DNA of 64,000 nucleotides, taken from the NCBI RefSeq assembly GCF_001194135.2, contig NC_068999.1:39278864-39342863 (forward strand). Reading direction: 5' to 3'. Both the position numbers and the translations under genes were made by a program. Each line of letters starts with the position of its first letter. The first letter of the stretch is position 1. Below are positions 54,306 through 64,000 of this stretch, piece by piece. The notes beneath the pieces are model-generated. The model worked only from the letters and a program-made list of their open reading frames with translations, had not been told where the DNA came from and did no database searches. The DNA comes from Octopus bimaculoides. Its lineage: Eukaryota.

Positions 54306-54470
54306 TTCTTTTATTTCTTTCAGTCATTTGACTGTGGCCATGCTGGAGCACGGCCATTCGTCGAGCAAATACACCCCAGGACTTATTCTTTGTAAATCTA
54401 GTACTTAATCTATATTCTATCGAACCGCTAAGTTACGGGATCGTAAAAACTCCACTATCGGTTGACTGCG
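54306..54470 (+). mobile_element. Interspersed repeat family 3
   Basis: TTTCAGTCATTTGACTGTGGCCATGCTGGAGCAC...GGACTTATTCTTTGTAA...GAACCGCTAAGTTACGG. Confidence 0.8.
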
Positions 54471-54522
54471 ACCTCAAACCAGATATGTCCTTTTTCTTTC
54501 CAACAAGAGATAGTACTCGCCA

Positions 54523-54668
54523 TATTTCATTCCGTATCGGCTACCTATGATGAACATATGGTTATATAATCGATTGTTACTTAACACTCGATTGTACCCC
54601 TAGCGCGAAACCGATCGGTAAGAGCAGCGGAGATGGATATACAATACTGTACACTTCGGATGATATAT
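54523..54668 (+). mobile_element. PLE-like family C copy with hammerhead-like motif (54542-54620)
   Basis: UACC-U-AUGAUGA...CGC-GAAA-CCGAUC-GGUA; C3 is A and the 5' side of stem II is decayed. Confidence 0.5.
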
Positions 54669-54799
54669 ATATATATATATATATATATANNNNNNNNNNN
54701 NNNNNNNNNNNNNNNNNNNNNNNNNNNNNNNNNNNNNNNNNNNNNNNNNNNNNNNNNNNNNNNNNNNNNNNNNNNNNNNNNNNNNNNNNNNNNNNNNNN

Positions 54800-54856
<57 letters not shown>

Positions 54857-55489
54857 GTAGAGTAATATACTTTATTATTAAAGCTGTAAGCATTTGATGG
54901 TCCTCTCGTAAGGACGGGAAACACAGGTGACTTGGCCTTGTGGTAGGTATTTCAACCCCAACGAAAAAAAAAACAACATTATTTGGGATCGACATACCAC
55001 CACACGTCCTCCAGGATTCTTACGTATTCTGTAGGTCAGAGATTATATCCAGACATTTATGCAAGGGGTTGTGGAATATGGAAGAATGAGGGCACGAGGT
55101 TCTTCAGAAAGAAATTTATCACACTTAGCCTAACATCTCTGGCAGCATCGATATTTGTATCATAAAACGACGAGATTTGATACATTAAATAAACAAGACG
55201 ACATTGGCGCTCCCTTTCCTAAGACACAACCCATGTTAAATCATAGGTGAAGTCATGATAATCTTCCTATCTCTGTGCCTTTCCGTCTCACATTGGGAGC
55301 CTATCACTAACAGCCAGGTTGCAGATACACCCTTTTTCTGCTGTGGACAACACTTTCACCGGGGATTGAGAGTCAAAACTTGAAATTAAAAGCGAAACAG
55401 CTGAAGAGCAACGACTTGCTGATCAACTCGTACATTCTTAAGAAAATTCCGTGAATTTATTGGCCGAGATTGCTATAATATTTGTGAAT

Positions 55490-55590
55490 CCCAAGTGAAG
55501 GGAAAGCAAAGTTAACTTCTATGTAATTTGAACTCAGACTCGAACGAATACATTACACTCTTCTATCCGGTGCACAATAATTCCGACTCT
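55490..55590 (-). mobile_element. SINE family 2, degenerate partial
   Basis: AAAGCAAAGTTAACTTC...AATTTGAACTCAGA. Confidence 0.45.
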
Positions 55591-55630
55591 GTAGGCGACA
55601 AGGCACAATAATGCCAACTCTTTAGGCGAT

Positions 55631-55824
55631 GTTAGTACGCCCGGCGAAATGCTTAGCAGTATTTAGTCTGTCTTTACGTACTGAGTTCAAATTCCGCCGA
55701 GGTCGTCTTTGCTTTCATCCTTTCGGAGTCGATAAATTCAGTACCCGTTGCGTACTGGAGTCGATCTAATCGACTAGTCTACTCCCCCAAGATTTCGGGC
55801 CTTGTTCCTAGAGTAGAAAAGAAT
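55631..55824 (+). mobile_element. SINE family 2, well preserved
   Basis: GAGTTCAAATTCC (B-box-like)...TTTCATCCTTTCGGAGTCGATAAA...GGGCCTTGTTCCTAGAGTAGAAAAGAAT. Confidence 0.85.
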
Positions 55825-57856
55825 GATGCCAACTCTGTGTATGCGTCGCCCTGGAAATCATATATTACAGTATACATCAGGCTCTTTTGGTCCGATGATC
55901 GCAGAGAAACGGAAATTCTATGAAGCCGAAAAATGGAAATGCTCATATACAAACTCACATCCATACACAGACACGCGCTCGCGAACACGCACACACACAC
56001 ACACACACACACATACCCCCCCCCCCNNNNNNNNNNNNNNNNNNNNNNNNNNNNNNNNCACACACACAAACAAACATACAGGAATCGACTGCCCACTCAC
56101 ACAGAGATAAGCACGCAAAGAATCTAAATTGTATACTTCTCTCATCTCGAAAAAATATCTGATAAAAATATTTCTCTGCTATTTGAATCTTCAACGTACC
56201 ATCTTTTTCTTAGAAATTTCGCATGAGGGATTTTTTCTTTTCTTTTCTTTATTTTTTTGCATCGCAGAACTTTTAGAGTATCGAAAAAAATTATTCATGC
56301 TACTTACCTATAGCGTTCAAATCGTGGCTCGGGCTTTCATCCTACAGGGGTCGATGTAATAAGGCGCTAGCAAACTACCAACATGTTATCATATCGACTT
56401 TGATAACTCTTTGTCTTGTGTCAAAGGAAAATGAAACAGAAAAACAAGAAAACCACAATTTCAAGATTTTATAATTCCCCAGCCAGTGCATAATTTTTTT
56501 TCTTTTTCTGGCTACTGTTGCTATTAACAATCCGACTTGAGATCAAAGCCGTTCTATCCATGGCAGTCCCGTGTTTCTTTTTTCACCTATATTGTATCCA
56601 AAACTACATTTACAATGCGTCCATTGTTTTCAGCGCTGCAACGTGGGATTTAGATGAGAGTTTCAGAAGATGAAGCCATCTTGTAGCGGTTTCTCCGTTT
56701 GCTATAGCTTTTCTTTCTTTCCTCAGGTATTTGCCTGTGTGAATGAGTGCCTTCACTTTTGTGTGTATGTGTGTGTGTTTGTATTAGTGAGAGAAAGTGC
56801 GAGAGAGAGAGAAAGAAAGAGAGTAAGAGGGGTAGGTGTGTATTGACTATGATGTTGCACTTTGCATATTAAAAATAAACGAACAGTTGTATAAAACATA
56901 TTCGAAAAATGAGATAGCCAAAGAACCAAAGAACGAAAAAAAAAATTACAAAAGAATAAAATTCTGATGCTGGAAAGGACAGCGACCAAAGTATTAGAGG
57001 TATGGGTTGGGTGAAAACAAGACAACACAAAAGAAAAGAAAGAAAAATTAATGTCTTCATTTCTGAAATGGATGGCTAGTCAATAACAGCGTCCATGTTA
57101 AACTGGCCTTCTCATAGAATATTATCTCTGCGGAAAATGGGACCAATAGCAATTGTTTTCGTCTGCGTTCATTTAGAATAATAATATTCTTCTTAGTTGC
57201 TGCTCGCAGAATTAACATATTTTGTGCAAATGTCTGTTGTTGTTCTGGTCTTATATTTATATTTTTGCGTTATATCATTTAATTATATTTCGTTATTGTT
57301 TTATTTAAACGTATATTCCTTTTTCGTCTTGTTTTCACACTACACAATTTCACATGCAGCTTAGCAGGAAATCATACGAGATTCTCAAAATACGAGGAAT
57401 ATTTCATTAAGTGCTCAATTTTCGTTTGTTTTTCCTTTCACTTTCTTTCTCCCTTTGTTTCTTTCCTTCTTTATCTCTTTCTTTCTTTTTTCTATCATTT
57501 GGCGAGCAGTCCAATTCTATTTCATAAGCAAACAATACAATCAAGAAATTGGATTGTTAAACCTACATGACTTGCCTGTAAAATAGCATTTCAAAAACAA
57601 AACGTAAAACATTTCGTAAAATATAGAAACGTACAATCAGATGTATCTTTCTTTTTTTGCATTGCATGTATTGCAGTAGCTGTTTTGTGACAGTCTATTC
57701 AATAAACATGCTCTGACAACACATGGGAATGTGATAGCAAACATAAACCCGCTGTTTCATCACCTAAACAGAAACACTTAACGACGATAAAATATACACA
57801 CATGCACACACATATATACATCATGAATACACACATGCATACGTATATATATATAC

Positions 57857-57907
<51 letters not shown>

Positions 57908-58356
57908 CATATACGCATGCTTGGCATTTTTTCCTTGCGTTTCCGTACAATAAAACGCCAAGTGCCCTCCATTTCCAGCATTGCAGAACGCTGTTAGAAT
58001 TATGTACACTGCATTCCCTCTGATTTCCAATACCAATTCTATGCTTTCAGGTGCACCCACCGTATATTAACAAGTGTAGGATTGTCGTTACCAAAATTAA
58101 GCTATAATGAATCAATCTACTTTCCCAACTCACAATGATGTTAGAAGTGTGTGCGCATGCGTAAAGTTTTTTTAAATATATCTTATTTGTTTCAGTCGTT
58201 GGACTAAGGCCTTGCTGGGACATCTCGTGGAATGCTTTCAGTCGAACAAAGTGATTCCCTTACATATTTGTTTTACAGAATATACGTCGATATATTTTGC
58301 CGAATCTCTAAATTACACCATTTATCACACATGGGAGGTAAATACACACAGTCAGG

Positions 58357-58392
<36 letters not shown>

Positions 58393-58393
<1 letters not shown>

Positions 58394-58500
58394 CACGGGT
58401 TACTTTCAGTGTCCGTCTATCAAATCCACCACTCACAAAATGGACTCGGAATCATTAGGTTGAAAAAGAAACTTCTTGCCACACAACCGTTCCTCCGCCA
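58393..58500 (-). mobile_element. SINE family 1, internally deleted
   Basis: ACTTTCAGTGTCCGTCTATCAAATCCAC...CTTGCCACACAACC. Confidence 0.5.
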
Positions 58501-59164
58501 AGTGTGTGTGTACGATAGTGTTTGCGTGTATATGTATGTACACACAAGCACACACACACATACACGCATACACACACACGTATATATATATATATATATA
58601 CATAAAGAGATTGTAAAGTGTATGTTTATTGTCTACTCTATATTTGAGTGAATATATTGATATCTCCTTTAATTCAAGTATTTTTATCTATGCTATGTGA
58701 AGAGAAAAAGGGGAATAAATTTTCCTTCCATTTTAACACATCGATTTCACACCCTCAGGTTATTTGCATGAAGTCCAAAATATTTTTATAAGGGATAACT
58801 TCCAATAGGAAACATTTTATTCCTGATTAAACCAGTGAAAATCGCAGATTGTATCTGGTATATATTCCTCCTACGCAAGGTGGCAATTGTTTGTTACCGT
58901 TGATATTTTTGTCAATGATTCCTATTTTATTCGTAATTGAAGTTATCTTTCCAACAAAGGCAGTCCCATTATTTTACAGACAGATGCCCAGATATTACTG
59001 TATGGTTAAGAAGTTCACTTTGAAAGCACTTTGCTTCCAGTTCTGCCCCACGTTGCATACTTTTGTGCATATGTCTCTTCTATTAACTACAGCACAAACC
59101 ATATTTTGTGATACAGTTCTATATTTAAGAGTTGCGGAATTATGTACATTATTTACATTATTTA

Positions 59165-59300
59165 TATTCGACGGATATTTTCCACATCTTGTTTGTTGTT
59201 AACACAAAGTTTCGGCTGATATACCCTCCAGCCTTCTTCATGTGTCTTGGGGAAATTTCGAACCCCTGGATTCTCATTCCTAAGGTATTCTTCGATGTTA
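59165..59300 (-). mobile_element. PLE-like family B copy with hammerhead-like core (59201-59246)
   Basis: GACAC-AUGAAGA-A-GGCUG(10-nt loop)CAGCC-GAAAC-UUU-GUGUU; C3 is A. Confidence 0.6.
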
Positions 59301-59320
59301 TTATTATTATTATTATTATT

Positions 59321-59382
59321 ATAAGGTGGTGCTCCAACATGATTGCAGTCAAATGACTTAAATAAGTAAAAGAGTAAAAGAA
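59321..59382 (-). mobile_element. Family 3 terminal fragment
   Basis: GGTGGTGCTCCAACATGATTGCAGTCAAATGACT...AAAAGAGTAAAAGA. Confidence 0.6.
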
Positions 59383-61556
59383 TAAATAGGTATCCCTAGT
59401 AAGGGCAAATATGGAGAGAAATGGACATACCTGATGGTATAAGCAAATTTATCTTCAGTTTTCTTAAAATAATCTGAAGTGGAGTGAGTCAATTGTAATC
59501 TTTTATGTGTTTCATCATAAAGGTTGTGGTCATGTCGTTTCACAAAACATTCCAGAGAGTGAGGTGTCGATACACAAAAGAGCTGATGATCATAGTTATA
59601 ACGAAACCGAATTAACTCATATAGGTTAGACTGACCTAGATTTCATGACACGAAAGTGTGGCAAACATTTTGGGAGCAATGTTACAGTGTAATGCTTCGT
59701 TCTCCTTTTTAAGAGAATCTGAAAAACTTCATGATGAAGCAATTCGATATATTCCTGTCGAATGACCAGTGATTATTAGGTTTTGAGCTGTCCTAATCCT
59801 CTTTATGCAAGTGAAACCCGGTTTGAGTTGATGAATTAAAAACAAAACATATTTAGCTCTATACTAAAATGCTTGAAAGATAAGTCGTCACTGAGAGGGA
59901 AAGCATTTTTAATATGGCTGATGCAATAGAAGATACTGAATTTTCTAAATGAGGTTCATGTATTCGTTTCACTTTCATTTTGACAGCTTTAGCATTTTTA
60001 TTTTTAAATTTATTTGTGCAACCTTAGGTTTCTTTCAAAGATTATCTCCCGGAGAAAAATCACTTCACAATTATCATGAATTTGCTCTCGTTATATAGAA
60101 AGATATATTTTCATATTCTAAGGATTTATCTTCAGAAAGCTTAAATATTCTCTATTGCTTTAAAGACAAATTTTTCGTTAAAGGATTTAGCTCTGAATCT
60201 GATGCAAAAATTATCAAACTATTATAACTTTCTTTCTTCATTAGAAAACTAATAACTCCTTTAAGTGGAGCACTTCCAAGAAAATTGATAAAAAGGAGAA
60301 ATCATGATAAGATGTGACTAACTACTGCCAATTTCAATACGGTAACTGCTTTCAGTTTTTACAAGGACTTTGTATCTTGGAGGAAACTGGTGGGGAAAGA
60401 AAAAACTCAATGGAAATATACGCAAGGATGATGTACCGAAGAAAGAAATAATTTCGGAAACAATTCCTTTTGAGAATAAATGATTAGAAACGGAGGAAAT
60501 AACTTACACCACTTTGATGTTAATGTTCACTTTTACCTCCCTAACGCTCAAGATTTCATTCCAACTTTATAGCTTCTCAATTTCCTATTTTCTTTTTATT
60601 CTTTGTAAAGATCTAGCAAATTAATCTTGCTTGCAGTTCCATTTGGCCCCAAGAGAAGAACGCTTTGGAGTAATTATTTCAACTAATGTGATCTGTATGA
60701 GATATGTACATTCCATCGTAAGAATGATCACTTGGGCAATTGTAGTAACCCAAAATCTATACGACTTCAGATCATTTTGTATGAATATCATTACAATTGA
60801 CGTTTCCCACTTTAATCATTTATCTGTCCTTGACTGTTCTGTTGTTTCTGTTATCAATTTTAGTTTCTAATAGAAATTCTATTATTGTTACTGTAGCTGT
60901 TTAACACCAGAGCAGCACTGGACAGAAGTATTTAGGATAAACCACAATCAAAATGATTTGGATGCACGAAAAAAAGAAAAGCAACGTGACTTTGCGTCCC
61001 TTATGGTAAATCCGAGTTCATGTTTTCAGGTATGAGAAGAGTTACGATTGACTTCTGTCGCACTTGAACTCACAAATGAAAATACAAAACAAATTACACT
61101 AATGCCTTCTGGAGGATGTTTTAATAACGACAAGGATGGGATTCCCAATATACTTGTTGGCTGATTGGAAGTCTAATATTGTTGGTGACCTTAATACTTT
61201 ATAAGTATGAAGGTCACATGGTATCGAAGATTTTGCTCAAAGAAGTTTTATTGCAAAGCGAAGGAATGTTGTCTAACATCTGAATACGTAATTAACAGTA
61301 GACCTTTCGTTAACCTCTATGAAGCTTAAATACATTTTGTCTACATATACATTTTTTATTCCATCATGTCATATTAATATTTTATGTGTTTGCTTGAAAT
61401 GGAATGTTGTATACATTTTAACGTTATTTCATCATATTTTATATCCTATTAAGCTGGGAGGAAAGCACAAAATATTATTTAGAAAACTGGATGGAAACAA
61501 GTGCGTGAAGAATTTACTACAGATTCTAGCAAGCTCGACACAATAAAGGTGGAAAT

Positions 61557-61608
<52 letters not shown>

Positions 61609-61918
61609 GAGTGAGAGGATGGTGGCTGAGTCCAGATCGGTAATTACTGAGCAGAAGCAAGGGTAGTTAGAATAGAAAAAGCAGAGGAGCAGACATGGTG
61701 ACTTAAAGTGTGTGTATGTGTGTATGTATACTCGTATCTACATGCACGAATGTTTATGTCTTCGAGGTTACATATGCATATATATACGATGTGTTTTCAA
61801 TACAAGCGGCGGATATATGAAACGTTATTATTATAAAAATCATGTGCATATCTAAGTGCCATTATTTACTATAATTCCGTATGCAATCGGGCTTTCTCTG
61901 CCTGCTACTAATACTTAG

Positions 61919-62021
61919 AAGCACCAGATTCCAGAACACCTACAAACAACATCGTTGGAGACTCCTGTCCAACATGCAAAGGTGCAACGCAGTGCGACAT
62001 ACTGCAGATAATATGGTTGTG
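61919..62021 (+). other. Candidate isolated exon (103 bp)
   Basis: Upstream TTTCTCTGCCTGCTACTAATACTTAG acceptor, downstream GTGAGT donor. Two frames open; one reads APDSRTPTNNIVGDSCPTCKGATQCDILQIIWL. No homology recognised. Confidence 0.3.
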
Positions 62022-63258
62022 GTGAGTATTTATGAATAACACGACCAAAACTGTGATTATGCGTGCTCAATACTAATTTGAAACTGTTACCTATTTGGCT
62101 TGACTGTCATCATTTTGGTGAATATACAACAGTTATATAACGGTGCATATGTAAATATATAAAGATAGAAAGATGCACTTAAGCATATATACGCAGACGT
62201 ACATACATACATGCCTAATGTATGTATTTATATATACATACATATACATATATATATATGCATACACACATATGTATATATATATCATATATATNNNNNN
62301 NNNNNNNNNNNNNNNNNNNNNNNNNNNNNNNNNNNNNNNNNNNNNNNNNNNNNNNNNNNNNNNNNNNNNNNNNNNNNNNNNNNNNNNNNNNNNNNNNNNN
62401 NNNNNNNNNNNNNNNNNNNNNNNNNNNNNNNNNNNNNNNNNNNNNNNNNNNNNNNNNNNNNNNNNNNNNNNNNNNNNNNNNNNNNNNNNNNNNNNNNNNN
62501 NNNNNNNNNNNNNNNNNNNNNNNNNNNNNNNNNNNNNNNNNNNNNNNNNNNNNNNNNNNNNNNNNNNNNNNNNNNNNNNNNNNNNNNNNNNNNNNNNNNN
62601 NNNNNNNNNNNNNNNNNNNNNNNNNNNNNNNNNNNNNNNNNNNNNNNNNNNNNNNNNNNNNNNNNNNNNNNNNNNNNNNNNNNNNNNNNNNNNNNNNNNN
62701 NNNNNNNNNNNNNNNNNNNNNNNNNNNNNNNNNNNNNNNNNNNNNNNNNNNNNNNNNNNNNNNNNNNNNNNNNNNNNNNNNNNNNNNNNNNNNNNNNNNN
62801 NNNNNNNNNNNNNNNNNNNNNNNNNNNNNNNNNNNNNNNNNNNNNNNNNNNNNNNNNNNNNNNNNNNNNNNNNNNNNNNNNNNNNNNNNNNNNNNNNNNN
62901 NNNNNNNNNNNNNNNNNNNNNNNNNNNNNNNNNNNNNNNNNNNNNNNNNNNNNNNNNNNNNNNNNNNNNNNNNNNNNNNNNNNNNNNNNNNNNNNNNNNN
63001 NNNNNNNNNNNNNNNNNNNNNNNNNNNNNNNNNNNNNNNNNNNNNNNNNNNNNNNNNNNNNNNNNNNNNNNNNNNNNNNNNNNNNNNNNNNNNNNNNNNN
63101 NNNNNNNNNNNNNNNNNNNNNNNNNNNNNNNNNNNNNNNNNNNNNNNNNNNNNNNNNNNNNNNNNNNNNNNNNNNNNNNNNNNNNNNNNNNNNNNNNNNN
63201 NNNNNNNNNNNNNNNNNNNNNNNNNNNNNNNNNNNNNNNNNNNNNNNNNNNNNNNNNN

Positions 63259-63843
63259 GTACATTTAAACTAATTAAATATTCATTTACAGAATAATAGA
63301 ATTCAAATATCTTTGATTATAACCCTTTCTAACATGGAAGTATGCAAAGAACATTTGAGGCTCATAAAGCTTTATGAGTACAAAAAAGGAAACTCTGCAG
63401 CCGAAGTGACTCGAAGCATTCACTCACTTTATGGGAAAGAATGCTTGAATGAAAGAACTTGCAGAAGATGGTTTGCGAAATTCAGAAGTGGAGATTTCAG
63501 TCTTGGGTATGAAGATCGAACAGGACGTCCAGTTGAGTTTGATGATAAGCTCTTTGAAGCATTACTTGAAGAAAATTCTGCATTATCATTTGAAGAATTG
63601 GCAAAAAAACTTAGTCCAAACCATACAAATGTTCATCGTCATCTTCAACAACTTGGAAAGGTTCCTGAACTTGGAAAATGGATACCTCATAAATTGTCAG
63701 AAAGCAAACGTAAATCCCGAGTTGACATCTGCCCTTCTCTATATTCTCGCGAACTCATTTCACCCTTTTTATATAGACTGGTGGATGGGGACAAAAAATG
63801 GATCTTCTATCGAAATGTTAAACGTCGTAAATAGTGGCTTGGT
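63259..63843 (+). mobile_element. Mariner transposase N-terminal half (pseudogene), ATG at 63334
   Basis: MEVCKEHLRLIKLYEYKKGNSAAEV...RTCRRWFAKFRSGDFSL...GRP (mariner HTH region), WIPHKL (WVPHEL motif), DGDKKWIFY (TGDEKW, first catalytic D). Premature TAG at 63832-63834, then truncation. The left TIR would fall in the gap. Confidence 0.92.
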
Positions 63844-64000
63844 TATATATATTTATATAAGGAAAAGACAAGGTAGAAAATGCTAAAATAATTTTATCAT
63901 CAACAACATTTTAGTACCGGTTGCTGTCTTTGCATGAAAAAAAATTAAATTGTGGAAAAATTAAGTAAAATGTTTTTATAAATATTTCCGTAGTTTTCAA

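Noticed and set aside
55035-55250. Candidate exon after TTCTGTAG
   Set aside because: All frames terminate before a credible donor and no homology was recognised.
59580-59618. CTGATGA...GAAACCG hammerhead-like string
   Set aside because: Stem II does not close at 10.1/11.1 and stem I/cleavage triplet are out of register.

Overview
AT-rich, microsatellite-saturated metazoan genomic DNA with 15 assembly gaps (~5.1 kb of N), each abutting a simple repeat. The short-repeat families look like those of Octopus (recognised from memory, not verified by a search). No intact protein-coding gene can be supported: nearly all ORF-track entries are microsatellite or N-run artefacts. Real content is (i) three mariner (Tc1/mariner) transposase relics (858-1240 minus, 16613-16985 minus, 63259-63843 plus); (ii) non-LTR retrotransposon relics: R4/Dong-like (29575-29950, ending in a (TAA)n run), an RTE-type 3' end (51460-51750) and a very decayed LINE-like block (43240-44430); (iii) many copies of four SINE-like families; (iv) two fold-back/MITE elements and a Helentron-like 3' end; (v) one weak candidate exon (61919-62021). 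The most notable signal is eight short motifs from five unrelated repeat families that fold into minimal type-I hammerhead-ribozyme topology (stem I - CUGANGA - stem II - GAAA - rudimentary stem III - NUH - stem I), as known for Penelope-like elements. Every copy carries at least one deviation, so activity is unproven.
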